Shown: positions 23,978 to 32,751 of the stretch, piece by piece
Layout of the letters: each line of letters opens with the position of its first letter
How positions within the stretch are numbered: the first letter of the stretch is position 1
IMG/VR virus record: IMGVR_UViG_3300029258_001212
Span: 89,541-153,540 of that record
Direction: 5' to 3' (one strand)
DNA from: a virus
Length of the DNA stretch: 64,000 nucleotides
The notes under the pieces: generated by a model
What the model was told of the DNA's origin: nothing
Databases searched by the model: none
Seen by the model: the letters and a program-made list of their open reading frames with translations, nothing else
Position numbers and translations under genes: made by a program

Positions 23978-25302
23978 TGCTTTCGGTTGGCGGATGGGCG
24001 TGGCTCGCGCCGGAAGATTGGACGCCGCGGGGCCTGGATTCGCTCCGGCGCAGCTTGCACGTGACCCCCCGAAGGGACGAGCGTGACAAGCGAGGGTCAC
24101 GACCCATCCGCCTTTACACTGAACGTGACGGTCTCCTGGGAATCCCCAGGGAGCACAAGGAGATCACCAAGTACGGGGGGCCCATTGACTACCAGGTGTC
24201 GGAAGGGAGCCCCATCAACCTCACGTTCAACGGCCGGCTCCGGGACGACCAGCCGGAGGCCACAGAGGCCGTGGTCAACTACCTCCGCTCTGCCCCGGCC
24301 GCCGGTGGAATCATGCAGGCCATCGGTGGCTGGGGCAAGACGGTCTGGGCGGCGAACGTGATTGCGACCTTGGGTGTTACCACCCTGGTGATGGTCCACC
24401 GGGGCTACCTGGTGAACCAGTGGCGCAAGCGCCTCGAGGCGTTCCTGCCTGGGGTGCGGATTGGCATTGTGCAACAGGAGCGGTGCGAGATTCAGGACGT
24501 GGACGTGGTGATCGCCATGATCCACAGCCTGGCCGGAGACCGCCAGTACCCCGAGGAACTCTATACCTGGCCCGGGCTCCTGATCACCGATGAGGTTCAC
24601 ATTCTGGGAGCTGACACCTGGGCCCCGGTGGCCCCCCGCTTCCCCGCCAGGTGGCGGCTCGGCCTGAGCGCCACACCTCGCCGCAAGGACGGGGCGGACA
24701 AGGTGTTCCGTCTGCACATCGGGAAGGTGCTCCACGTCGGCAAGCGTGGGACGATGCAAGGGGTGGTACGGCGGGTGTGGACCGACTGGGCACCGATCCG
24801 TCGCCAGGGCGACAACGGCGAGCTCCCGGACTTCGTGATCATGCGGAAGCTGGTGGCGAGCTCCTACCGAAACCAGATGGTCCTGGAGCAGCTCCTGAAG
24901 GCCGTGGCGGCCGGCCGAAAGGTGATCGTGTTCTCTGCCCAGCGAAAGCACCTGGACACCCTCCACGCGATGCTCCTCGAGGCCCAGCCGGATGCGGATG
25001 CGGACTTCTACGTCGGGGGCAGGAAGCAGGAGGAGCTCGACAAGGCCGAGCTCGCCCAGGTGATCTTCGCCACCTACAAGATGGCGAAGGAAGCCTTAGA
25101 CATTCCGGACCTGGACTGCATGTTTGTCGCCAGCCCCATCGGGGACATTGAACAGGCGTACTACCGGGTGACTCGCAAGGTTGAGGGCAAGAAGCAGCCG
25201 GTGGTGGTGGACTTCATTGACAGCCCGGAGGTGCCCCTCTACCAGCACCTGTGGCGAAGCCGTGAGCGGTTCTACCGCCGCATGAAGGCGCTACCCTACT
25301 GA
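23977..25302 (+). CDS. Superfamily 2 DExH helicase (UvsW/XPB-like)
   Basis: LRDDQ, GGWGKT, DEVH, LSATP.RKDG, Q..YRVTR. Confidence 0.9.
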   Translation: MLSVGGWAWLAPEDWTPRGLDSLRRSLHVTPRRDERDKRGSRPIRLYTERDGLLGIPREHKEITKYGGPIDYQVSEGSPINLTFNGRLRDDQPEATEAVVNYLRSAPAAGGIMQAIGGWGKTVWAANVIATLGVTTLVMVHRGYLVNQWRKRLEAFLPGVRIGIVQQERCEIQDVDVVIAMIHSLAGDRQYPEELYTWPGLLITDEVHILGADTWAPVAPRFPARWRLGLSATPRRKDGADKVFRLHIGKVLHVGKRGTMQGVVRRVWTDWAPIRRQGDNGELPDFVIMRKLVASSYRNQMVLEQLLKAVAAGRKVIVFSAQRKHLDTLHAMLLEAQPDADADFYVGGRKQEELDKAELAQVIFATYKMAKEALDIPDLDCMFVASPIGDIEQAYYRVTRKVEGKKQPVVVDFIDSPEVPLYQHLWRSRERFYRRMKALPY

Positions 25303-26105
25303 TGGGCAACCGGGACGATTACTACGCCCAGTGGTACGCGGAGAACCGGGCGCGGAGGAACGCCAGGCGCCGCAAGCGGTGGCGCGAGGACCCAGCATAC
25401 CGAAGGCGCCAGGTGCGGAAGCGGCCACGAAGGCGCAAGCGGTCAAGGGACCGACAGCACTTGGCACCCCTCGAGCTCGAGGCCGGTGGGCGCGTGATCG
25501 TGCTGTGGAGCGTGGGCGTGCTGGCGAAGTGGATCGGTCGCACCGTTCGGACCGTGGATTCGTGGCAGGCCCGCGGCGCCCTTCCCGAGACCCCGTTTCG
25601 GCGGGGTGGAGTGCGCTACTACAGCGAGGGCATGATCAAGGCGATTCAAGATGCCCTCACTCGGGCAGGCGGGCGCGTGCGAGACGATGATGCCCTTTGG
25701 TACTACCGCGTGTTGCTCCAGTGGCTCCAGGGGGACCTGGCGCACCTCGAGGAGCACGTGGACGTGGAGCCCAAGGAGCTCCGCCGCGTGTACCAGGACG
25801 GCGAACTGGTGGCCTACACGGTGCTGGGCGCATCCGAGGAGCTCGGGCGCCAGGTGCAGACCGTGGTGGATTGGCAGCGATGTGGGCTGATCCCCAGGAC
25901 CCCGCTTCGCTATGGCGAGGAGGAAGTATTCACGCCCGGGATGATCCGGGCTCTATCTGCGGCCGTACAAGCCCGCGGGGGCGTGGTGCCGTGGCAGGAC
26001 GCCACGTTGCGCCGGGAGCTGCGGGAGGCATGGCGGCCGGAAATCAAGGCGTACAGGCGCCGCATGAAGGGAGCAACATGGCAGGCAAGGAAAAACACGA
26101 GGTAG
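25302..26105 (+). CDS. Tandem MerR-type HTH protein with Arg-rich N-terminus
   Basis: WSVGVLAKWIGRTVRTVDSWQARGALP..RYYS and YTVLGASEELGRQVQTVVDWQRCGLIP..FT. Confidence 0.75.
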   Translation: MGNRDDYYAQWYAENRARRNARRRKRWREDPAYRRRQVRKRPRRRKRSRDRQHLAPLELEAGGRVIVLWSVGVLAKWIGRTVRTVDSWQARGALPETPFRRGGVRYYSEGMIKAIQDALTRAGGRVRDDDALWYYRVLLQWLQGDLAHLEEHVDVEPKELRRVYQDGELVAYTVLGASEELGRQVQTVVDWQRCGLIPRTPLRYGEEEVFTPGMIRALSAAVQARGGVVPWQDATLRRELREAWRPEIKAYRRRMKGATWQARKNTR

Positions 26106-26404
26106 CGAGCGAGGTGACAGTGGGCAGCTCGGTGGAAATCCACAAGAACCAGATCTGGGCCAAGGAGGTGATGGAGCCCGTGGCGATTCACGATTTCATC
26201 ACCGAGCCGGCCGTGATCAACATCAGCAAGGGCGTCACCATCAGCCCGGCGCGATTCGAGTTCGTGCGGGTGGACGTGAGCCTCAAGATGCCCTGCTACG
26301 CGGAGCACGTGGACGAGACCTTCGAGCAGGCCACCAGGTGGGTGGACGAGCGCCTCGGGGAAGAGATCGATGCCACGAAGGAAGCTCTAAGCAAGGGGAA
26401 GTAA
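26078..26404 (+). CDS. Hypothetical protein
   Basis: GGAG SD; GVTI...FEFVRVDV. Confidence 0.65.
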   Translation: MAGKEKHEVASEVTVGSSVEIHKNQIWAKEVMEPVAIHDFITEPAVINISKGVTISPARFEFVRVDVSLKMPCYAEHVDETFEQATRWVDERLGEEIDATKEALSKGK

Positions 26405-26405
26405 C

Positions 26406-27596
26406 ATGGCCAAGAAGTCGCCACCCAGTGCCCTGGCCACGCTCGCCCAGAGCATCGTTAAGAACCACGGTGTCGGAACGCTGATGACGGCGGACCGCGT
26501 GGCACACGTGTTACTCCCCCGGGTGAGCTCCGGGATCTTCGAGCTGGACAAGGCGCTGGGCGGCGGCTGGCCGGCCGGGCGCGTGTCCATGGTCTACGGG
26601 TGGGAGTCCACCGGGAAGACCAGCCTGTTTGTCCGCGCCGTGGCGAATGCCCAGCGCCTGTGCGGCACGTGCTTCCAACCGGCGAAGCTGGTGAAGGGGG
26701 AGGTGGAGACGATCAACCCCAACACCGGCGAGGTAGAGATCCGGGAGTCTATGATCGTGGGCGAGTGCGCGTGCGGGAAGCCCAAGTCCATTCGGACGGC
26801 CTGGGTGGACCAGGAGGGCACCTGGGACGGGGAGTGGGCCAGGCGCCTCGGGGTATTCGAGGAGCGGGTGATTCTGTCGCGCCCCCTGTACTCCGAGCAG
26901 ACGGTGGACGTGATTGACGCCATCATGGAGCTCGGGGCGTCGGACATTATCGTGCTGGACAGCATCGGTGCGATGGCCCCCTCCAAGGAGCTCGAGGACA
27001 GCGCGGTGGACAGTATCAACAACCCCGGGCTCCAGGCGCGCATCATGAACAGCGCCATCCGCAAGTGGATCAGCCAGCTCATCGCCAAGATGCGGGACGC
27101 CATGCGGGACAACATCGAACCGGCCCAGGTGGTGCCCACCCTGTGGCTGGTGAACCAGCTCCGCCTGAAGATCGGGGTGGCCTTCGGGAACCCCGAGGTA
27201 GTGACCGGCGGGCGCGGTCAGGGATTCGCTACGAGCTGCGAGGTTCGCACCAAGACGGTGAAGTACACTCAGAACGACAAGGGGGACGAGACCTACAAGG
27301 TGCAGCTCGGATTCACCGTCAACAAGAACAAGACGGCCCCGGCCAAGCGCAAGGGCGTCTACACCCTCTGCATGAGTCCCCAGGGGCCATTCCAGCTCGG
27401 GGACGTGATGGACCAGGGACACGTGCTCAACTGGGGGCTCAAGGTGGGGCTGGTCACCGAGGTGTCCGCCAAGAAGCTCGGCTACAACGGCGAGGAGTAC
27501 CTGGGCAAAAAGGGGCTGATCGAACACTGGGCAGCGCATCCGGATGAGTACGAGGAAGCGAAGCGGATCATCATGGCGCAGATCACTGCCCAGTGA
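26406..27596 (+). CDS. recA: RecA/UvsX recombinase with Zn-ribbon insertion
   Basis: SSG..LD.ALGGG.P.GR, GWESTGKT, IVLDSI, QAR.M, NQLR.KIG..FGNPE..TGG, KNKTAP. Confidence 0.93.
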   Translation: MAKKSPPSALATLAQSIVKNHGVGTLMTADRVAHVLLPRVSSGIFELDKALGGGWPAGRVSMVYGWESTGKTSLFVRAVANAQRLCGTCFQPAKLVKGEVETINPNTGEVEIRESMIVGECACGKPKSIRTAWVDQEGTWDGEWARRLGVFEERVILSRPLYSEQTVDVIDAIMELGASDIIVLDSIGAMAPSKELEDSAVDSINNPGLQARIMNSAIRKWISQLIAKMRDAMRDNIEPAQVVPTLWLVNQLRLKIGVAFGNPEVVTGGRGQGFATSCEVRTKTVKYTQNDKGDETYKVQLGFTVNKNKTAPAKRKGVYTLCMSPQGPFQLGDVMDQGHVLNWGLKVGLVTEVSAKKLGYNGEEYLGKKGLIEHWAAHPDEYEEAKRIIMAQITAQ

Positions 27597-27666
27597 ACAC
27601 CCTCTTGACTCTTACTCCTCAAGAGGGGAGATAAGGTTAATTAAGCAGAAGCAATGAGCGTGCCAA
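27595..27666. promoter_or_regulatory. Dispersed 72-bp element, copy 3
   Basis: TTGACT(27605)-21 bp dyad-TAAGGT(27632); reverse complement of 27650-27666 is TTGGCACGCTCATTGCT. Confidence 0.85.
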
Positions 27667-27667
27667 C

Positions 27668-28108
27668 TTGAAACCGAAGCGACAGCGCGGTCAGCAGCCC
27701 ACCCTCAAGCGGCGGTGGCTTGACCAGGAGACCGATGGCCGGAGCACCCCAAGGAGCGTGAAGCGCCAGGAGCGCCACCTGGGCAAGCTGATGGGCGGGC
27801 GGCGCCGCCCAGGGTCCGGGAGCAACAAGCTCGCCCCCGGGGATGCAGTGGGGCGCTTCGAGCTCGGGGAGGCAAAGCAGACGGCGGCGAAGTCCATCAG
27901 CATCAAACGCGCCTGGCTGGCCCAGATCGAAAACGAGGCGGCCGGGGAGGGGCGCGTGCCGGTGTTCCACCTCGAGTGGATCGGCTTCGAGGGGGACCCG
28001 GAGTGCAAGTTCATGACACCCGGCTGGGCGATGGTTCCGGACTGGTATTTGGCGAAGCTCATGGAGGCGTACCATGCGGGAGATGGTGACGTGGAAGGCT
28101 CTGAATGA
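27668..28108 (+). CDS. Hjc-like PD-(D/E)xK Holliday junction resolvase
   Basis: QE..L....GG.R.PGSG....GD.....EAKQT. Confidence 0.75.
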   Translation: MKPKRQRGQQPTLKRRWLDQETDGRSTPRSVKRQERHLGKLMGGRRRPGSGSNKLAPGDAVGRFELGEAKQTAAKSISIKRAWLAQIENEAAGEGRVPVFHLEWIGFEGDPECKFMTPGWAMVPDWYLAKLMEAYHAGDGDVEGSE

Positions 28109-28517
28109 CCACCAGCGCCAGCGCGCCACCGAGGAGGCCCAGAAGCTCCTCCGGTGGTGCGCGAGCTGGGCGGACCAGGTGCGGCCCTGGGGGCACGTGG
28201 TGGACGGCCGGCGTGTGCGGGGACTGGTGGAGGAGGAGAACCGGCACCTCACGGATCGGCTGGACGCGACCGTGGTGCGGGTGCTGTCCGGACTGAAAAA
28301 GGACATTGCGCGCCCACTGGTTCCCTTGTACGTGGCTGTGTGGACGGCGGCCATGGAGATTGAAGCTGGCGAGATTCCGCCCCAGGTGGAGCTCGCCATC
28401 GTGCTGGCGATGGTTCGGGTGCAGAGCACGGCGCGATTCGTCCATCTTTACAACAAGTCACCCGGAGATAAGACCCTCGCCGCGGAGATGAAGCGGCGGG
28501 GCCTGATTCGGAGGTAG
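28074..28517 (+). CDS. Hypothetical protein
   Basis: GGAGG SD, coupled. Confidence 0.6.
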   Translation: MREMVTWKALNDHQRQRATEEAQKLLRWCASWADQVRPWGHVVDGRRVRGLVEEENRHLTDRLDATVVRVLSGLKKDIARPLVPLYVAVWTAAMEIEAGEIPPQVELAIVLAMVRVQSTARFVHLYNKSPGDKTLAAEMKRRGLIRR

Positions 28518-28522
28518 CAGCG

Positions 28523-28894
28523 ATGGCGAGAACCTACAGCGTGAACCGGACGTGCGACCGTTGCGGAGGCACCATGAAATCCGTGCAGCTCGAGATCGGC
28601 CAGGTGCCCGAGCCCCAGGAGGACGAGGTGGAGCTCGAGGTGTTCAAGATCTTCCTGGGCGGCCAGGGGCACGCCTACGCAGATCTGTGCCCCAAGTGCG
28701 AGAAGACCCTCACGCGGATCTTCAAGGACGCCGGGCCGATCAAGCGCAGCCACAACAACGAAACCGAGGTGGACAGCGGTGCCGAGAGCGGCGGTGCCGA
28801 GACCACCGAGGAGCCAGAGGGCGGCAACGGCACGAAGGGCCGGACCAGGATGGGGGCACCGAAGCCCCCGACGCGCCCCGAGGTGCCGAAATGA
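28523..28894 (+). CDS. Zn-ribbon protein (Lsr2 N-terminus-like)
   Basis: CDRC...DLCPKC. Confidence 0.6.
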   Translation: MARTYSVNRTCDRCGGTMKSVQLEIGQVPEPQEDEVELEVFKIFLGGQGHAYADLCPKCEKTLTRIFKDAGPIKRSHNNETEVDSGAESGGAETTEEPEGGNGTKGRTRMGAPKPPTRPEVPK

Positions 28895-29610
28895 CCCCAG
28901 ATGAGGCGAGACTGAAGCTCCTCGAGGATGTGATCCGGAAGCAGATCCCATCCTTCGAGGTGCGCTTCAAGGACAAGGGGCCCGGGTCTGGCGGCCAGAA
29001 GCTGATCGCCAAGCTGATCTGGCTGTTCAACCGGGAGTACATGACCCGCTACATCAGCACGTTCTACCCTCGGGTGTACTGGCCCACCGAGGCAGACTAC
29101 AGGGACGATCCGCGTGGGGCGTTCAAGACGCTGGCGCACGAAGCCGTCCACCTCATGGACGATCACCGGCGCCGTGGCTGGTTTGCGTTCTCTTACCTGT
29201 TGCCGGCGGTGCTGGCCCCGTTGGCGCTCGGCGCCCTGGCGGCTATCTGGGCGAGCAACTGGTTCCTGATGTTCCTGGTGGCCCTGGTGTTCCTCCTGCC
29301 CCTGCCGGCCTACTGGCGGATGTGGTGGGAGCTCCGCGGCTACAGCATGAGCATGGCCATGTACGCTTGGCGGGACGGGAGCATCCCGGCGGACACGAAG
29401 ACCTGGATGGCGGAGCGGTTCACCGGGCCTGCTTACTATTTCATGTGGCCTTTCAAGCGCGGGATCATGCGGCGCCTCGCCGCATCCGAAAAGGCCATTC
29501 ACAACGGTGACATACTGAAGTGGGGGCCGATCTACGCCCAGGTTCACCGGATCCAGAAGCTGTCCGACTCCGAGGCGGTGGCACTGGCGTCCCGGGAGGG
29601 GGGGAGCTGA
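28891..29610 (+). CDS. Membrane-embedded zincin metallopeptidase
   Basis: LAHEAVH, two TM helices, WELRGY. Confidence 0.7.
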   Translation: MTPDEARLKLLEDVIRKQIPSFEVRFKDKGPGSGGQKLIAKLIWLFNREYMTRYISTFYPRVYWPTEADYRDDPRGAFKTLAHEAVHLMDDHRRRGWFAFSYLLPAVLAPLALGALAAIWASNWFLMFLVALVFLLPLPAYWRMWWELRGYSMSMAMYAWRDGSIPADTKTWMAERFTGPAYYFMWPFKRGIMRRLAASEKAIHNGDILKWGPIYAQVHRIQKLSDSEAVALASREGGS

Positions 29611-29846
29611 TGGCAGGGACCGGTGACCTGGAGAGCCGGATCGCCAAGCTCGAGACCGGCATGAAGCGGGTGGACAAGGCCATCGTCCAGCTCCTTGAGC
29701 TGGTCCAGGAGGTGGGCGGATTGACTATCAGCCTGGTTTCTGTTCTGATTTCGGGTTCAAGGATCCGTGCAGGAGCCAAATCGAAGCTGCGGAGCCGTGC
29801 CGATGGGCTGGCCGAGCGGTTCGGCGGAGATGATGATGAAGCATGA
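29610..29846 (+). CDS. Small coiled-coil protein
   Basis: Coupled start; LESRIAKLE. Confidence 0.55.
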   Translation: MAGTGDLESRIAKLETGMKRVDKAIVQLLELVQEVGGLTISLVSVLISGSRIRAGAKSKLRSRADGLAERFGGDDDEA

Positions 29847-31272
29847 TTACCAGCGATTGAGTCTGGTGCAGCTCCGAAAGGGGTGCAAGCGCCCCGAGGT
29901 TGGGCTCCTACAGAGCGCCATGGCCCACCTGGGCTACTACAAGGGCGCCATCGACAACTGGTTTGGGCGGGCCACCCAGGGGCGCCAGGGCTCGGATGGG
30001 CGCCCTGTGGACGGCCTGGTGCGGTTCCAGGCAGACCACGGGCTGGACCAGGACGGCGTGGCCGGGAAGATCACCCAGACGCTGCTACTGCGCCAGGCGG
30101 AGGCGGCCGGGTGGAAGCCTGAGCTGCGGCTTCAGATCCAATCCGTGATCACCTACTTCGAGACCAGCACTACCATGGACGCCTACGGCATGTCCGAATC
30201 GGACATTGGCGATGGCGCTGGGGCCAACTACGGGTTCATGCAGTCCAACAGCCTGGGCAGCGTGGAGCATGTGCTCAAGCTGGCCGGCGCGGAGCACCTG
30301 GTGGACGTGTACCGGGGCAGCGGGAAGTCCGAAGAGTGGATCCGCGAGTGGCTGGTGCGTCCAGGCGTTGCCCAGCGCAGTCCGACGATCCGGAAGATCG
30401 CCAATCGGGCGCGCGAGGAGCTCAAGATCGAAGAGGACGACATGCCTGGGATCGAGGAGTGGGCCGGGCGCCCGGACCTGGCGAAGTATTGGCGGGACGC
30501 CATCGAAGACTTCCCCAGGGCCTACCTGGACATTCCAAACCCAACGATCCAGAGCTGGTTCGGCTCGGTGAAGGGGATCGAAGCTCAGGACGTGTACTTC
30601 GATGAGGTGGTGCTCAGGGTGGCCAAGCGCCAGATGAAGGATCTACCGGAGATCTGCGACTGGGAAGGTCACCCGAAGCTGCACCGGTACTGGGAGCGGG
30701 CGCTGCTACTGTTCTGCGACACCGTGATTCAGAACGGCGGGATGTGGAGCTCCTACGCCAGACCGTTCTGGAAGGACACCGTGGGCGTGGACTCCTATCC
30801 GCCCAGGCACAAGCTGATGGAGCTCTACACCGGCACCTGGTGGGATGGGCTCCTGGGGAAATACATTCCCTACAAGGACCTGAAGGAGCTCTGGTGGGCG
30901 GAGCTCAAGCGCCAGGAGGCGGCCCACGAGGGCAAGCCCAGAACGGCCAAGCGCGCGGCGAACCGAGAGCTTTGCCGGCGCATCATGGAGGAGAACATCC
31001 CCGAAGACGATCCCGTGTCCAAGCTGGTGCTTCTCGCCCAGTGGCGGGCGCGTACCAGTTCACCGAAGTGGTGGTACATCGCCGTGGCGTGTCGCCGGAT
31101 GCTGGACGCAACCGGCCATGGCGTCGTGAACGGTGCGACCATCGACCTGGTGGCGGACTATCGCCTTGGTGTCCAGCGTGACCCAGATGAAAAAAGCCCG
31201 GGAAGAACAATCCGGGAGACCTATCTCAAGGACCACCACGCGGACATTCTGGAGAAGCTCGGGATCGGCTGA
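29830..31272 (+). CDS. Peptidoglycan-binding domain plus lysozyme/chitosanase-like hydrolase
   Basis: LRKG....EV..LQ..., FQ..HGL.QDGVAG..T; YFETS..IGDGAGANYGFMQ. Confidence 0.7.
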   Translation: MMMKHDYQRLSLVQLRKGCKRPEVGLLQSAMAHLGYYKGAIDNWFGRATQGRQGSDGRPVDGLVRFQADHGLDQDGVAGKITQTLLLRQAEAAGWKPELRLQIQSVITYFETSTTMDAYGMSESDIGDGAGANYGFMQSNSLGSVEHVLKLAGAEHLVDVYRGSGKSEEWIREWLVRPGVAQRSPTIRKIANRAREELKIEEDDMPGIEEWAGRPDLAKYWRDAIEDFPRAYLDIPNPTIQSWFGSVKGIEAQDVYFDEVVLRVAKRQMKDLPEICDWEGHPKLHRYWERALLLFCDTVIQNGGMWSSYARPFWKDTVGVDSYPPRHKLMELYTGTWWDGLLGKYIPYKDLKELWWAELKRQEAAHEGKPRTAKRAANRELCRRIMEENIPEDDPVSKLVLLAQWRARTSSPKWWYIAVACRRMLDATGHGVVNGATIDLVADYRLGVQRDPDEKSPGRTIRETYLKDHHADILEKLGIG

Positions 31273-31295
31273 CGGGTTACGCAAGGAGGATCGGT

Positions 31296-32231
31296 ATGCG
31301 TTTCCTAGTTTTCATCATTGCCCTGTTCGCCATCATGCCTGAAGCTGGCGCCCGAGAGCCAGCTCAGGCCAGCAAGGTGGCGAGCGCCACGAAGGCGGCC
31401 ATCCCTACCCTGGCCCCTCTTGCCCAGGGGCTCCTGGCTGTCCGTGGTCACCAGCGTCACGTGAAGCCGGCCCTGGTGAGGCGTCTCGAGCGTGAGGCCA
31501 AGGAGGTGATCGCCATGCCCGGCAACGGATGGATGAAGCCTCACATCCTACTCGGGCTCGCTGTCACCGAGAGCGATCTTCGCGGCTGGCTCAAGCGCGG
31601 CTACGGCACCGTGGCAGACTGCGGGCTCACCCAGGTGAACCTCACTCGCCTCCGCATGACCACCTACAAGAAGCGGAAGCTCTGCCGGGCTATCCGTAAG
31701 AACACCAAGCTGGCCATGGTGTGGACGATGAAGGAGCTCAATACGGTGAAGGCGCGCTACTGCACACCGAAGTGGCTCAAGCGTATCAAGCGATACCAGC
31801 GCGGGACCGGGGAATGGCGCGGGCTCAACGATGACCAGCGATTCTGGATGTGTGTCCTGAACGTCTACAATCAAGGGCCCAGATTCGTCACGTATAGGTG
31901 GAACACGTGCAAGTGGAAGCATCGGTTCCCGGAGGATCCATCTCAGGCGGTGCTCGACAAGCGCGCCAAGAAGTGCCGGAGCCGGAATCGGTACTGGCTT
32001 CGGACCATGTGCTTTGCGACCGGGATCCGCTTGAACAAGACGCCGAAGTACGCGCGGCGCCGGTGGACGCGGAGCGGCTGGAAGGTGAAGTCCCTTCACC
32101 GTGCGTCGTGCAGGCGCGTTTGGACCTGGAAGGGGATGCAGAAGCTATACTCCTGGAAGCCCCTTCCCGCGCCCCCGCGCCCGCGGCCGACAAACAAACC
32201 TGTTCGGGTGTCACAGATTGGAGGTAGCTGA
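31296..32231 (+). CDS. Secreted lytic transglycosylase (SLT-like), very basic
   Basis: Signal peptide; LAVTES, CGLTQVN, VYNQG. Confidence 0.7.
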   Translation: MRFLVFIIALFAIMPEAGAREPAQASKVASATKAAIPTLAPLAQGLLAVRGHQRHVKPALVRRLEREAKEVIAMPGNGWMKPHILLGLAVTESDLRGWLKRGYGTVADCGLTQVNLTRLRMTTYKKRKLCRAIRKNTKLAMVWTMKELNTVKARYCTPKWLKRIKRYQRGTGEWRGLNDDQRFWMCVLNVYNQGPRFVTYRWNTCKWKHRFPEDPSQAVLDKRAKKCRSRNRYWLRTMCFATGIRLNKTPKYARRRWTRSGWKVKSLHRASCRRVWTWKGMQKLYSWKPLPAPPRPRPTNKPVRVSQIGGS

Positions 32232-32701
32232 TGGGTGACAACGGGCACCAGGCCCAAGTAGCAGAGACCGAAGGCTGGTTTACCAAGCGGCTCGAGGAAA
32301 TCGACCGCGAGGTGGAAAGACTTGGCGGGGAGGCGCGTGCCGTTCTGTCAGGCGAGGCCAAGCGCGTAGAGGGGTGGTATCAGGAGCAACGCAAGATGCT
32401 CGAGCGCGTTCACCGAGAGAGCATCGGGGACGCCAAGCGGGAACACGGAGCTCGCCGCGCGGAGCTCGACCGAAACCACAAGGCCACACTCGAGAGCCTC
32501 GAGGCCCATCATAAGAACAAGCTCGCGGAGCTCCGCCTGGAGAAGACGGCCAAGCTGTCCCCCCTCGAGGGGGAGCTCGACGCCCAGGTGGACGCAGCGG
32601 AGCTGTGGAAGCGTGAGGCACTGGCGGCGGCGGAGGCGGAGCGCAAGGAGAGACTGAAGGCTATCGCGGACCGGGGGCGGGACGCGGCGGCCAGGGAGTA
32701 G
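32231..32701 (+). CDS. Coiled-coil protein
   Basis: GGAGG SD; charged helical. Confidence 0.65.
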   Translation: MGDNGHQAQVAETEGWFTKRLEEIDREVERLGGEARAVLSGEAKRVEGWYQEQRKMLERVHRESIGDAKREHGARRAELDRNHKATLESLEAHHKNKLAELRLEKTAKLSPLEGELDAQVDAAELWKREALAAAEAERKERLKAIADRGRDAAARE

Positions 32702-32751
32702 ACTGAACACGGGTCACCAGGTGGCCCACCGGCAACGATTGGAGGATTGGA

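Noticed and set aside
26640-26800. Intein in RecA
   Set aside because: Too short; no C-terminal His-Asn; looks like a Zn ribbon
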